Shown here: piece after piece, positions 1-10,182 of the stretch
Position numbering within the stretch: the stretch's first letter is position 1
Layout of the letters: every line of letters begins with the position of its first letter
Assembly: GCA_965227295.1 (NCBI GenBank)
Contig: OZ245742.1
Span: 2,400,001-2,464,000, forward strand
Direction: 5' to 3'
DNA length: 64,000 nucleotides
From: Leptonemataceae bacterium
GTDB taxonomy: Bacteria > Spirochaetota > Leptospiria > Leptospirales > Leptonemataceae
Program-made: the position numbers and the translations under genes
Notes under the pieces: generated by a model
The model's input: only the letters and a program-made list of their open reading frames with translations
The model's database searches: none
Told to the model about the DNA's origin: nothing

Positions 1-1434
1 ATGCGCAAGAAGTTAATAAACAATACTTTGCGAATTGTCGGGCGCGGGGTCGGTCTGGGGTTGCTTATGCTCTTCCTGCACGCCTGCGGCGGCGGGGCCT
101 GCCGCGAGCCGTTGGTGGACGACAGTTACGGCACCGTGGACACCGAGAGCATCAACGGCCTCGACGCCTTTTACGAATTGCTGGCCGTGAAGAACGGCGA
201 TGAAAAGCATGAACTGGAACGCTCTTCGTATCTTACGCATCGCATTCGTCGCGAAGCGGACGTCGTCGTTTTTTTTGAAAGCAATCACATCTACGGTGAA
301 GACTACTATCGTCGCCTGGAAGGCTGGTTGTACGGGCTCAGCACGGCCGAGATCGAGGAACTCGAACAGGTGGTTCCGGACGAGGAAGACTTCGAAAGCA
401 TTGAGGGCGTGTGGAATGCGCAACGCCGCCTGGCCCTGCAGGGAGAGGAAGATCGGGAACCCGACGAAGCGAACGAAGGCAACGAGGGCGATAAGTACAA
501 GACCATCCTCTATTTCTTAAAAGACACCGACGCGAGCATTGCGTTCTGGGAGTACGTGGCCGGTCAGGTCCGAGAATCCCCGGACCACGTGGCTTACTGC
601 GAGAGCATGATCGGTCGGGAGCGTTTCGCCCGTAACTTTAACAAACCGCCGGTTTACGCGCCGTTCGCCACGCGTTCGGAAAAGTATCCCGGCGGCGCGC
701 CCCAGGCGAATCTGTTGCGGGATCGCAGCGTGTTTCGTTCGGCGATCCCGCGTTATCCCGTGCGCACGGTGCCGGGTGCGGCGCGTTCGCTCTTCGGCCT
801 CGACGGCTGGGACGGCGTACCGGCCCGGACCCTGCTTGCCACCAGCGACGGTGACGACATCATCCGCCAGGTGGAGCTGCCGAACGCGCGCCTTATCGTC
901 GTCTTCAATTCGGAACCGTTCCTGAACTTTTCGCTGGTGCGTCCCGAGTATCGCCGCATGGCCCGGGATCTCATTCGCCATGCGTTGAACCAGGTGCCCG
1001 CGGGCCAGGAACCGAACATTGCCATCGTGCGCCGGCAGTTACTGCCGTCCGCGGACGCTGCCGAGAACGAGTTCGACTTCCTGCGTTTTCTGTTCGTGTT
1101 CCCGATCAATCTCATTGTCCTGCACTTCCTGTTGATCCTGGTGCTCTTTCTGCTTTCGCGCTGGCCGCACTGGCGCCCGCCGCTGGAAACGGCCCCGGCC
1201 GGCAACCGGGAGTTCCTGGAACACATTCGGGCCCTGGGCGTACGCTTAAGTCGCACTCGTCCGCGGTTAAAGGCCCTCGGGCCGCTGTTGCAGTACAAAC
1301 AAAAGACGACCGGCAAAGACTACAGCGAGGTCATTCGGCGATTGGAAGGCCAGACCGCGCGCAAAGCCGATGCACCGCCGGGGAACGCGAGCAATCATAC
1401 AAACGACGCTCTTGAATCCAGAAAGGAATACTGA
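1..1434 (+). CDS. Putative lipoprotein/membrane protein of MoxR-associated cluster (DUF4350-like)
   Basis: N-terminal hydrophobic stretch with Cys, C-terminal TM then 'REFLEHIRALG' segment; directly upstream of MoxR ATPase and DUF58 gene; start is at the window edge. Confidence 0.55.
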   Translation: MRKKLINNTLRIVGRGVGLGLLMLFLHACGGGACREPLVDDSYGTVDTESINGLDAFYELLAVKNGDEKHELERSSYLTHRIRREADVVVFFESNHIYGEDYYRRLEGWLYGLSTAEIEELEQVVPDEEDFESIEGVWNAQRRLALQGEEDREPDEANEGNEGDKYKTILYFLKDTDASIAFWEYVAGQVRESPDHVAYCESMIGRERFARNFNKPPVYAPFATRSEKYPGGAPQANLLRDRSVFRSAIPRYPVRTVPGAARSLFGLDGWDGVPARTLLATSDGDDIIRQVELPNARLIVVFNSEPFLNFSLVRPEYRRMARDLIRHALNQVPAGQEPNIAIVRRQLLPSADAAENEFDFLRFLFVFPINLIVLHFLLILVLFLLSRWPHWRPPLETAPAGNREFLEHIRALGVRLSRTRPRLKALGPLLQYKQKTTGKDYSEVIRRLEGQTARKADAPPGNASNHTNDALESRKEY

Positions 1435-1439
1435 GAATT

Positions 1440-2405
1440 ATGGCAGATACAAAAATTGTTCAAATGGCGGAGCGCATCGCAAAGTTGCGCGCGGAAATAT
1501 CCAAAGTCTACGTGGGCCAGCAGGAACTGGTTACCGGCGTCCTGGCCGCCCTCTTCGCCGGCGGTCACGTAATGATCGAGGGCGTGCCGGGTCTCGGCAA
1601 GACGCTCCTGGTGCGAGTCCTGGGCGTGGCCCTGGGATGCAACTTCTCGCGCATTCAGTTCACGCCGGACCTCATGCCGTCGGACATCACCGGCTCGCAC
1701 ATCTTCAATCAAAAAGAGGGCAAGTTCGTTTTCGTGCGCGGCCCGATCTTCACGAATCTGCTGCTGGCGGACGAGATCAACCGCTCACCGGCGAAGACGC
1801 ACTCGGCGTTGCTGGAGATCATGCAGGAACGTCAGGTGACCATCGACAATCGTCGGTATCCCATCGAACCGCCGTTCTTCGCGCTGGCCACTCAGAACCC
1901 GGTGGAGTCCGAAGGAACCTACGCCCTGCCGGAAGCGCAGTTAGATCGCTTTTTGTTGAAGTTACTGATCGAATACCCGAGCAAAGAGGAAGAACTGAAC
2001 ATCCTGCGTCTGCATTCCGAGGGCATGACCTTCGATACCCTCAACGAAACCGAGGTCCTCTTCAACGCGAAGAGCGTACTCGAGGTCATCGCCGCGGCGG
2101 AGAGCGTAAAAGTTTCGGAGGCCATCCTCGATTACATCGGCCGGTTGGTACGCTCCACCCGGGAACGGCGGGACATTTATTTGGGCTGTTCGCCGCGCGC
2201 GGGCATCGCGCTCCTGCGCACGTCGCGGGTCATGGCGTTGATGGAAGGTCGGGACTTCGTCATCCCGGACGACGTCAAACGATTGGTGGCGCCGGCGTTC
2301 CGGCATCGCCTGGTGCTCACGCCGGAGGCCGAGGTGGAAGGCCGCACCGCCGACGACATCATCCAGGAAGTCACGGCGTCGGTGGAAGTCCCGCGGGGAG
2401 AGTAA
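1440..2405 (+). CDS. moxR: MoxR family AAA+ ATPase
   Basis: Walker A GVPGLGKT, RIQFTPDLMPSD, Walker B LLADEINR, ATQNPVE, LPEAQLDRF, SPRA motifs. Confidence 0.95.
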   Translation: MADTKIVQMAERIAKLRAEISKVYVGQQELVTGVLAALFAGGHVMIEGVPGLGKTLLVRVLGVALGCNFSRIQFTPDLMPSDITGSHIFNQKEGKFVFVRGPIFTNLLLADEINRSPAKTHSALLEIMQERQVTIDNRRYPIEPPFFALATQNPVESEGTYALPEAQLDRFLLKLLIEYPSKEEELNILRLHSEGMTFDTLNETEVLFNAKSVLEVIAAAESVKVSEAILDYIGRLVRSTRERRDIYLGCSPRAGIALLRTSRVMALMEGRDFVIPDDVKRLVAPAFRHRLVLTPEAEVEGRTADDIIQEVTASVEVPRGE

Positions 2406-2416
2406 GCACCACCGCC

Positions 2417-3775
2417 GTGTTTTATCCTACGAACAAATTTCTTTTGCTGATGTTGCTCCCGCTGGGGACGGCGCTGGCCTTGCCGTTGCTGGAGTTCACG
2501 GCGGAGCTGGAGTTCTTAAAGGGGAACCAGGCCTTCATCATCGAAACCCTGGTTACGATCGATCTGTTGTTACTGGCCGTTTTCGCCATCGATGCGCTGA
2601 CGGTGCCGCGCCGTCGCCGCTTTCGCGCGGAGCGCAGCACGGATCCGGTCTTCTCGGCGAACTTTCCGCATCGGGTGAATCTGGACATCAACGTGGGCCG
2701 CGGTCGCGTGCGCAGTCGATTTCACGCCCGGGTCTACGACGACGCCCGGGAAGGCATGCACGTCCTCGGTTTTCCGCATCATACGACTCTGCAAACCGGG
2801 CGCAATCGCATCGAGTACCGCCTCCAGATCCCGCAGCGCGGTAACTATCCTTTAAAGAAAGTTTACATCACCTGCTACTCGCTGCTGGGATTCGTCCGCC
2901 GGGTCTATCACGTGCGTTGCGAGAGTCGCCTGCGCGTGTATCCGGACCTCAAGCGAGTGAGCCGCTACGCCCTGCTGGCGCGCAAGTCACACCTGGGCTT
3001 GATCGGCATTCGTCGGGCGCGCCGGGCCGGCGGCGACAACGAATTCGAGCGCCTGCGAGACTACGAGAACGACGACGAGTTTCGCCACATCGACTGGAAG
3101 GCCACGGCGAAGCAGTCCCGCCTCATTGTGCGCACCTACCAGATGCAGCAAAACCAGACCGTCATTTTCCTGGCGGACTGCGGCCGCATGATGACGGCGG
3201 AGTTCTTCGGCCGCTCGCTTTTGGACTACGCCCTGGACTCGATCTTAATGTTATCTCACGTAGCCTTAAAGCAGGGTGACCGCGTGGGCCTGATTGCCTT
3301 CGCCGGCAGCGTCATTCGTTACGTGAAACCGGCGCCCGGACCGGTGCAACACCGGCGCCTGGTGCAGGCCTGTTATGATTTGTTTCCCCGTCACGAGGAG
3401 AGCAACTACGACCACGTCTTTCAGTACCTCAACTCCGTGTCCCGGAAGCGCAGCCTGGTGACGCTCCTGACGAACGTGATCGACGACATGAACGCCGAGA
3501 TGATGCTTTCGTACCTCGGCGCCCTGGCCGGCCGGCATTTGCCGTTCGCCGTGTTGCTCAAGCAGCGGGAGATTCACGATCTCGTGGAGCGCGCGCCGTC
3601 GAACATGGACGATCTCTTTGAGCAGGCGGCCGCGGCGGACTTTCTGTTGTGGAAGGAGACCGTGGTCCAGAAACTCAAGAACCGCAACGTCCTGGCCTTA
3701 GAAGCGTTTCCGGATAACTTAGACGCCGCGCTGATCAACGAGTATTTGAAGATCAAAGCGCGTAAACTGCTCTGA
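2417..3775 (+). CDS. DUF58 domain (vWA-like) membrane protein
   Basis: EFERLRDY..DEFRHIDWKATAK motif, DCGRMM, two N-terminal TMs; follows moxR; GTG start at 2417 inferred because the 1370 start overlaps moxR. Confidence 0.85.
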   Translation: MFYPTNKFLLLMLLPLGTALALPLLEFTAELEFLKGNQAFIIETLVTIDLLLLAVFAIDALTVPRRRRFRAERSTDPVFSANFPHRVNLDINVGRGRVRSRFHARVYDDAREGMHVLGFPHHTTLQTGRNRIEYRLQIPQRGNYPLKKVYITCYSLLGFVRRVYHVRCESRLRVYPDLKRVSRYALLARKSHLGLIGIRRARRAGGDNEFERLRDYENDDEFRHIDWKATAKQSRLIVRTYQMQQNQTVIFLADCGRMMTAEFFGRSLLDYALDSILMLSHVALKQGDRVGLIAFAGSVIRYVKPAPGPVQHRRLVQACYDLFPRHEESNYDHVFQYLNSVSRKRSLVTLLTNVIDDMNAEMMLSYLGALAGRHLPFAVLLKQREIHDLVERAPSNMDDLFEQAAAADFLLWKETVVQKLKNRNVLALEAFPDNLDAALINEYLKIKARKLL

Positions 3776-3794
3776 CACCGGCCGCTCCTTTGCT

Positions 3795-4040
3795 TTACAG
3801 TTCGCCGGCGAGACGGCGATAGAAGGCGTAGCCGAGATTGCGCCGCAGGCAGTACTCCGCCAGCGACAGGCGCTGGGAGAGATAGTCGATGACCGTGAGG
3901 TTGTAGCGCAGCGGTTCGTGGGAGTGAATGGTGCGCGCGTGGTCGACGGCTTCTCGTACCAACAGGTCCGCGCGGTTTGCGAGGCGGTCGATGAGCCGAT
4001 CCTTGTTCTGGTGATGGAGTCGTTCCCGTAACTGTGCCAT
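3795..4040 (-). CDS. Small hypothetical protein
   Basis: Fills the gap downstream of the FG-GAP gene on the same strand; ATG at 4040 preceded by GAGGA; no recognisable motif. Confidence 0.5.
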   Translation of the reverse strand: MAQLRERLHHQNKDRLIDRLANRADLLVREAVDHARTIHSHEPLRYNLTVIDYLSQRLSLAEYCLRRNLGYAFYRRLAGEL

Positions 4041-4082
4041 GGTATCCTCGGACCCCATCATTTGTTTACATGCCTCGTTTCT

Positions 4083-5612
4083 TCAAGTCTTTTTCCCCCA
4101 CCGCACTATTTTGGCCGGCTCCCCGCCTGCCTGGTGCAACGTAACCGGTTCCATCCTGCCATCGCCGTCGAAGTCTCCGGAGGTAATCGCCCGCAGGCCG
4201 TCGGGAATCGGGATCGTGGTTTGTCGGCGAAAAGAGGGACCGCCGTTGCGATAGACCCAGAGTTGATCGACGGAATCGCTGCCCGTGAGGACATCCGGTC
4301 GGCCGTCGCGGTCGAGGTCCATCACCGCCACGGCATTGGGCGCGCCCGGGAGTTCGATCTGCTGCGCGATTTTCTTGCCGGCATCGATCTCTACGACAAG
4401 CAATACGCCGGTTTTTTCCCCGGCGAGGGCGAGGATGATCTGCCCGTTTGCTTCGGCCAGGCGGCCGGTCTCAAAATCATTCGGAAGCGGGATTTGCTGT
4501 TTCTGATACTCACCGCCGTCCGATCTTGCAAACACAACCAGGCCTGGCCCGCCTGCGCCCTTCACCAGCACGACCAGGCGATCGCCGGTCTTGCGTTGCG
4601 TGGCGACCAGGTCGATGCCCATTCCGTCCAGTTGGATCGAGTGCGGAGTGTCGTTTTCGTAGATGCGCAGTTCCGGGCTGTTTTTATGCAGCACGGCCAG
4701 GTCCGCGGTGCCGTCGGCGTTCCAGTCACCGGCGGCGATGCGAAAGGGATCGTGACCGGCAGGCAAAGCCTTCGCGCGACCGGGCAGACCGTCTGCGCGT
4801 CCGTAGAGCAGGGTGATGGTGCCGCCGTAGTTGTAGTTGCAGGCGGCGAGATCGATGCGCCCGTCCCCGTTAAAGTCTCCCGCCGCCAGGGCGATGGGAC
4901 CGAGGCCCGCGTCCGCACGGCCGAGCCTGGAAAAACCACCGGCCACGGGCAACACGCTCAGTTTGCCGCCGGGTGGTTGCCAGAACAAACGCGCCACGGC
5001 CCCGCCGCCGTTTTCGTAGTAGTCCATTTGCAGTTCGTACTCCCGGCCCGCGCTGAGCCGGACTTCGCCGGAATAACGGGCGGGAGACTGGTCCTGCCAG
5101 CGATCGATGATCTTACGGCCGTCGATGAACAGGCGCACTCCGTCATCGCTTTCCGTTGTGAATTCATATGTTCCGCTGACGGCCGGGCGCAGCTTCGCCG
5201 TCCAGCGAACGCTAAATGAATCTGCGCCAAAGTTAGTGGGGAAGGGGGCGTCGTTGCCCCAGTCGAAGTCGATGCTTGCGTCCGTACGACTGCGGCGTTT
5301 GCCGCTGAACTTGCGTGCCGCGTTTGCATCGTCGTAGTAGCGGCCGCGGGGCGGTTCCGTAAAACCGGCCGTGTTGCGCCCGGCGAACCGCACGGCGTCC
5401 GCACCGTAGTCCGCCAGGGCCAGCAGCGGGTTTCCGTCGCTGAGGAAATCCGCTGTAACAATATCGTGAGCGCCGTCGGCTGCATCCGTAAGGACGTAGG
5501 GTTCGTACGCGGCGCGGCTTTGCGGATGCAACGTGGATGCAGCGACCCAGGCCAGGGCAGTCGCCACGATCAACCGTCGGTAGTTCAAGAATGAACAAGG
5601 AAAACCGGTCAT
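4083..5612 (-). CDS. Secreted FG-GAP/VCBS repeat protein with inserted PA14 domain
   Basis: Signal-like N-terminus; repeats GDFNGDGRIDL, GDWNADGTADL, DLDRDGRPD, GDFDGDG; PA14 segment IDFDWG..FSVRWT..YEFTTESDDGVRLFIDG..MDYYENGGGA; start approximate. Confidence 0.8.
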   Translation of the reverse strand: MTGFPCSFLNYRRLIVATALAWVAASTLHPQSRAAYEPYVLTDAADGAHDIVTADFLSDGNPLLALADYGADAVRFAGRNTAGFTEPPRGRYYDDANAARKFSGKRRSRTDASIDFDWGNDAPFPTNFGADSFSVRWTAKLRPAVSGTYEFTTESDDGVRLFIDGRKIIDRWQDQSPARYSGEVRLSAGREYELQMDYYENGGGAVARLFWQPPGGKLSVLPVAGGFSRLGRADAGLGPIALAAGDFNGDGRIDLAACNYNYGGTITLLYGRADGLPGRAKALPAGHDPFRIAAGDWNADGTADLAVLHKNSPELRIYENDTPHSIQLDGMGIDLVATQRKTGDRLVVLVKGAGGPGLVVFARSDGGEYQKQQIPLPNDFETGRLAEANGQIILALAGEKTGVLLVVEIDAGKKIAQQIELPGAPNAVAVMDLDRDGRPDVLTGSDSVDQLWVYRNGGPSFRRQTTIPIPDGLRAITSGDFDGDGRMEPVTLHQAGGEPAKIVRWGKKT

Positions 5613-5652
5613 GCGGTTTAGTCCGGAGCGCCGAACATCGAGTTCGCCTTTT

Positions 5653-6594
5653 TCAGCGGAATTGCGGCACGTATTTTTGAAGAAACGTGTGCAGGTTCTC
5701 ACGATAGCCGGCGGGATTGACGAAGATGTCCTGGCCGTGTCTGGCGCCCCATTCGTTGATGTGCAGAGTTTTGCGTTCGTGCGGGACGGCCTCGTAGATG
5801 ACTTCGGAGTGATACGGCTTCGTTCCGGCGTCGGCCAGTGAGTGCGAAAGAAAGACCGGCGCCTGGATGGCCGCGGCGGCGGCGCGCGGCGAAACTTCTG
5901 CCGGCTGAAAGTTACAGCGCAATCCGGCCAGGAACATGGCCGGCGGCAGAATCGGTCCGACCACGGCCGCGCCGAAGTCCGCGCTCCCGCGTTCGTAGAA
6001 GATCGGCTGTAGATCGCTGTAGGGTGCATCGGCGCCGACGAAGGCCAGCTCCGGTTCCCGGCCTGCCGTAATCAACACAATGGCCGCGCCCATGGACTCG
6101 CCCATGAGGCCGATCTGCGACTTCGGCAATTGCGTCTTCGCCTGGAGCCAGTCGATCCAGTGTTTCATGTCCCGGCTCTCATGATATCCGTAGGTACCGC
6201 AACTGCCCTCGGACTCGCCGTGATAGCGGGCGTCCACCGTGAGCACGGAGCAACGGTACGGCGCTTCGGCGAACAAGCGGACGTACTTCAGCCCGCCCCA
6301 GCGCGTTCCGGTATGACCGTGGTGCAGGATCACCGCGCACTTGCCGGAGTTCGCGAAGTACCAGCCGTTCAGGGTGATCGTCTCGTCCGTGCCGGGATGT
6401 TCGGGAACCGTAACGCTCGCCTCTTCCGGAGGGCCGAGGCCGAACTCAGCGGCCACCGGTTGAAACTTGAGGTTCGTGCGATCTTCCTCTAACGTACGCT
6501 TGTGAAAGTGAATGATGACGTCCGAGAAGTAAAAGGCCGCGCCCCCGTAAATGAAGGCGATGAGGAGGATCAGTACGACGGCGATTCGTTTCAT
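5653..6594 (-). CDS. Alpha/beta hydrolase, N-terminally anchored
   Basis: HHGHTG oxyanion region, DARYHGES, nucleophile GESMG, C-terminal His (GARHG). Confidence 0.85.
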   Translation of the reverse strand: MKRIAVVLILLIAFIYGGAAFYFSDVIIHFHKRTLEEDRTNLKFQPVAAEFGLGPPEEASVTVPEHPGTDETITLNGWYFANSGKCAVILHHGHTGTRWGGLKYVRLFAEAPYRCSVLTVDARYHGESEGSCGTYGYHESRDMKHWIDWLQAKTQLPKSQIGLMGESMGAAIVLITAGREPELAFVGADAPYSDLQPIFYERGSADFGAAVVGPILPPAMFLAGLRCNFQPAEVSPRAAAAAIQAPVFLSHSLADAGTKPYHSEVIYEAVPHERKTLHINEWGARHGQDIFVNPAGYRENLHTFLQKYVPQFR

Positions 6595-6648
6595 CGCGTT
6601 GATTCGAACCTGGTGCGCTGCATCGGTCAAGCGAAATGAAAAAAGTGG

Positions 6649-8289
6649 TTGCGATCCGCGCGGATGGTTTGCATTTCATGCGTCCCCGTTATGGTCGTGC
6701 TCAGTCTCGTCATCGAATTTCAGAGCATCCTGGGCGACATTCGCATCCATCTTTTCGATCTGTTGCTGATCATCCTCTATCTCACGGGCATGGTCGCCTT
6801 CGGCATCTATTACAGCAAACACGTCGGCGGGGCCGCGGACTACTTTCTGGCCGGTAGAAGTTTGCCCTGGTGGATCGTGGGCATGTCCATCGTCGGTTCC
6901 AACGTCGGTTCCAACGATTACGTCGGCGCCGCGGGCGGAGGTTACGCCATCGGCATCGCCCAGGCGAACTTCGAATGGATCGGCGCCATCCCGGCCATGA
7001 TCCTCTGCGCCTTTTTGTTTATCCCGTACTTCTGGCGGGCCGGAGTCTACTCCATCCCCGAATACCTCGGCCTGCGCTACAACCAGGCCGTGCGGGCCAT
7101 CGCCGCGTTGATCCTCAGTTTCTTTTCGCTGTTTATCGTGGGCATCTATCTCTGGGCCGCGGCGCTGATGCTGCAAACTTACGTCGGCCTCGATCTAAGC
7201 GTGGCCATTGCAATTACGGCGGTCGTGGTCGGCATCTATACCATCACCGGCGGCATGGCGGCGGTGGCCATCAGCGATACGGTGCAGTTCTTGATCATGG
7301 TCGGCGGCGGCCTGGCGCTCACCGTACTCGGCATCGCCCGGGCCGGCGGTTTCGCAAGCTTCGCCGAAAAACTCAGCACGGAGTACCCGGAAAAACTGCA
7401 GGCCTTCCTGCCGGCCGATCATCCGGAGTTTCCCTGGCCGGGCGTGTTGCTCGGTCTCGCGCTGGTGATGTCGCCGTCGTACTGGTGCGCGAATCAGGTC
7501 ATATTACAACGCACGTTCGCGGCGAAGTCGCAATGGGACGGCCAGGCCTCCATGATCCTTGCCGCCTTCGCGAAAAGCATCATGCCGTTCTTGATCATCC
7601 TGCCCGGTTTTCTCGTGCTCGTTCTGAACTCGGAGCCGTTGGAACAACAGGACCAGGCGTTGCCCTGGCTCATCCGGGAAGTTCTGCCGCCCGGGCTCTC
7701 CGGTTTGCTCTTCGTGGCGTTCATCGCGGCGCTGCAATCTTCGGTGGACTCCACGCTCAACAGTACGGCCGTCATGATTACCCGGGACATTTACGGAGTC
7801 CTGCGTGGTGCCGATGCGCACGATCAAAACATTCGCGACGCGCACGATCTTGCGCTGGGCAAGTGGGTTACGTTTTCGGTCCTGGCGGCGGGAGTGGTCT
7901 TCGCGCTGAACATCCAGCTGTTCAAAGAAGAGTTCCGCGGCATCTATTCGTTCGTGCAACTCGGCCTGTCGTATTTTCAGGGGCCGATGTTTGCGTTACT
8001 CTTGCTGGGCATCCTGAGTCGCCGCATCAGTCCGGCGGCCGGCGTCTGGGGCCTCGTCCTCGGCGTGCTTTCGGCGATTCTTATGGGCAGTTCCGTGCTG
8101 CCCGGAATGACGGAGCCGCTAAACATGCTCTACATAGCTTTTTACAGCTTCGTGTTTACGGTCCTGGTGCTCTTCGTCGTGAGCGCCTTCACGACGCGCA
8201 AGAGCGATGCGGAACTGAGTAACCTGACCATCGGCACCACGCGCACCGTGGACGGCGTTCCGCTTTCCGGAGGCAAGCCGCGTGGCTGA
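6649..8289 (+). CDS. Sodium:solute symporter (SLC5/SSS family)
   Basis: DYFLAGRSLPWW, SIPEYLGLRY, YTITGGMAAV..SD, AALQSSVDSTLNS, about 13 TM segments; true start may be 6691. Confidence 0.9.
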   Translation: MRSARMVCISCVPVMVVLSLVIEFQSILGDIRIHLFDLLLIILYLTGMVAFGIYYSKHVGGAADYFLAGRSLPWWIVGMSIVGSNVGSNDYVGAAGGGYAIGIAQANFEWIGAIPAMILCAFLFIPYFWRAGVYSIPEYLGLRYNQAVRAIAALILSFFSLFIVGIYLWAAALMLQTYVGLDLSVAIAITAVVVGIYTITGGMAAVAISDTVQFLIMVGGGLALTVLGIARAGGFASFAEKLSTEYPEKLQAFLPADHPEFPWPGVLLGLALVMSPSYWCANQVILQRTFAAKSQWDGQASMILAAFAKSIMPFLIILPGFLVLVLNSEPLEQQDQALPWLIREVLPPGLSGLLFVAFIAALQSSVDSTLNSTAVMITRDIYGVLRGADAHDQNIRDAHDLALGKWVTFSVLAAGVVFALNIQLFKEEFRGIYSFVQLGLSYFQGPMFALLLLGILSRRISPAAGVWGLVLGVLSAILMGSSVLPGMTEPLNMLYIAFYSFVFTVLVLFVVSAFTTRKSDAELSNLTIGTTRTVDGVPLSGGKPRG

Positions 8290-8509
8290 GTCCCTGGTGC
8301 AATCGATCTTCACGTTCGTGCACGGACTGCCGCTGTGGTCCGCGAAGCTGTTCGCGCTGGCGATCTTCGCCGCGGCGATTGCGCTGGTATGGTTGCTGCC
8401 GAAGGCCTACGTCTACGCGGAGGGGGAGGTTCTTCCGTGGCAGAAGGACCTGCGCATCTGGGCGAGTCTGCTGTTGTTGGTCCAGCTCGGACTGTACTGG
8501 ATCTTCTGA
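8282..8509 (+). CDS. Small two-TM membrane protein coupled to the SSS transporter
   Basis: Start overlaps the symporter 3' end; two hydrophobic helices. Confidence 0.6.
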   Translation: MAESLVQSIFTFVHGLPLWSAKLFALAIFAAAIALVWLLPKAYVYAEGEVLPWQKDLRIWASLLLLVQLGLYWIF

Positions 8510-8513
8510 GGAT

Positions 8514-8550
8514 GGAGGCCCTCGCTACCTCTCACGGAAAAAGGGCCTCC
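8514..8550. terminator. Inverted repeat between convergent genes
   Basis: GGAGGCCCT...AGGGCCTCC 9-bp stem between the stops at 8509 and 8562. Confidence 0.35.
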
Positions 8551-8561
8551 CGGGCATCTAC

Positions 8562-8876
8562 TCAATTAAAGCCGATGAGCGTTTGCAGCTCTTCCATGGC
8601 CTTGTCTTTTTCGGCCACGCCGGTCTTCTTGATCGCCTTCTTTAAGACGTCGTTCCACTTCTTTTCCGGAACGTCTTCTTTCATTTCTTCGAGGAGTTCC
8701 AGGATGTCCACGTCCTCGGCCGTGTTGAAGATCTCTCTTTGATCGTAACGAAACAGAGAGAAGAGGCGTTCGATGTAAGAACCGACGTTCCCCCGATTGC
8801 CTCCGCCAACCCGGGCTTCTTTTTTTTCGGAGCGGCGGAGTTCCCGCTCGATTCGTTCCATTTCTGTGCGTTTCAT
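8562..8876 (-). CDS. Hypothetical charged helical protein
   Basis: Protein-like ORF with GAGGAAG upstream. Confidence 0.7.
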   Translation of the reverse strand: MKRTEMERIERELRRSEKKEARVGGGNRGNVGSYIERLFSLFRYDQREIFNTAEDVDILELLEEMKEDVPEKKWNDVLKKAIKKTGVAEKDKAMEELQTLIGFN

Positions 8877-8944
8877 AGCGTTCTTCCTCGTTATCTGTGT
8901 TCTTGAAGGACTGATTACATAATATCAGATTGCCGGCGTTCTAT

Positions 8945-9982
8945 TTAGAAGAATACCTTGGCCAGGCGCAGGATGCCCTGCTTCCAGGGAACCCGGTGCG
9001 AGACACCGCTGGCGTTTTCGAAATTGTCCTTGTTTGCCAGGTACCAGCGGTAGTTACGAACGAGGGCGTCCTTGTTCGAGAACTGCGGCTGCCAGCCCAG
9101 TTGTTCTTTCGCGCGGTCGATGGAAACGAAGCTATCCTTCGAAGCCGTTTCGTAAACCCACTTGTACAGCGGCGAAAGTTTCATGGCTTCGAGGATGCGC
9201 AGGGTCCAGATCATGGGCGCGGCCGGAAAACCGCTGATCTTTTTTCCGAAGCCGGCCTCGTCGAGTACGGCCTGGTAGTCTTCGCGCATGGTGGTGAATT
9301 CTTCCGCGCCGATGTTGAAGGTATCGTTGGCTTTGGTCTTCGGTTTCGTCGCGCTGAGATAGATGGCGTCGCAGAGGTCTTCCACGTCCAGGAGCTGGTA
9401 GCGGTTCTTGCCGTTGCCGATCATCGGGAAACCGTGGCCAGTGGCCGCCCAATCATACAACAGCGCGAACACGCCCAGGCGCTCCGGACCGATGAAGGAC
9501 TTCGGTCGAATGATGGGCACGATCATGCCCTGCTCGCGGTACTTCAGGCATTCCTCTTCGGCGAGGATCTTGGCCTTTCCGTACGGGCCGACGCCGTCCA
9601 GTTTGTCGTCTTCCACCAGGGGATGGTGATCGGGGATACCGTACACGGCGGTAGAGGATACATGCACGACGCGCTTGACCTTATTGGCCTTTGCGGCCTC
9701 CAGGACGTTGCGGGTGCCGTCCACGTCGGTGGTCATAATGTCTTCTTCGGTATACAGCGGCAATGCCGCCGCGGTATGGATGACAACGTCCGCCCCTTTC
9801 ATGGCGGCCTTGAGTTTTTCAAAGTCCCGGATATCGCCGGTGACCACTTTGATTTTGTCTTTTTCGGGATAATCGAATTCAGCAATGTCGTACGAGACAC
9901 ACTTGTGTTTCTTCGCCATCAGGTAGCGGACCAGGTTGATGCCGAGAAAGCCTGCCCCACCCGTGATAAAGTAGTTCGCCAT
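8945..9982 (-). CDS. NAD-dependent epimerase/dehydratase (extended SDR)
   Basis: ITGGAGFLG, HTAA, SSTAVYG, YGKAK catalytic YxxxK. Confidence 0.92.
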   Translation of the reverse strand: MANYFITGGAGFLGINLVRYLMAKKHKCVSYDIAEFDYPEKDKIKVVTGDIRDFEKLKAAMKGADVVIHTAAALPLYTEEDIMTTDVDGTRNVLEAAKANKVKRVVHVSSTAVYGIPDHHPLVEDDKLDGVGPYGKAKILAEEECLKYREQGMIVPIIRPKSFIGPERLGVFALLYDWAATGHGFPMIGNGKNRYQLLDVEDLCDAIYLSATKPKTKANDTFNIGAEEFTTMREDYQAVLDEAGFGKKISGFPAAPMIWTLRILEAMKLSPLYKWVYETASKDSFVSIDRAKEQLGWQPQFSNKDALVRNYRWYLANKDNFENASGVSHRVPWKQGILRLAKVFF

Positions 9983-10182
9983 AGAGATGTTCCTGCCGCC
10001 GCTCCGATTGCTCCGGTGCGGCCTTCATCGTGTATATTATTATGTCGGTCGAAATTGCCGGCGAGGGCGTACCGATCGACCGATACACCACTTAACGGGT
10101 TTTAAGAGCATTTATTTCAAGTCTTTCTCGCCCTCCGATGGGTATTCGGGGGCGATGCGAGTGCGGTGGGCGGAAGCCCGGC

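Noticed and set aside
1370..2416. 801-aa version of the DUF58 ORF
   Set aside because: The N-terminal ~350 codons overlap moxR in another frame and are Arg/Gly-rich shadow sequence
8930..10105. Long antisense ORFs (also 14193-15203, 23283-24365, 52610-53857, 59104-60225)
   Set aside because: They mirror well-supported genes on the other strand, as expected from high GC3 codon bias
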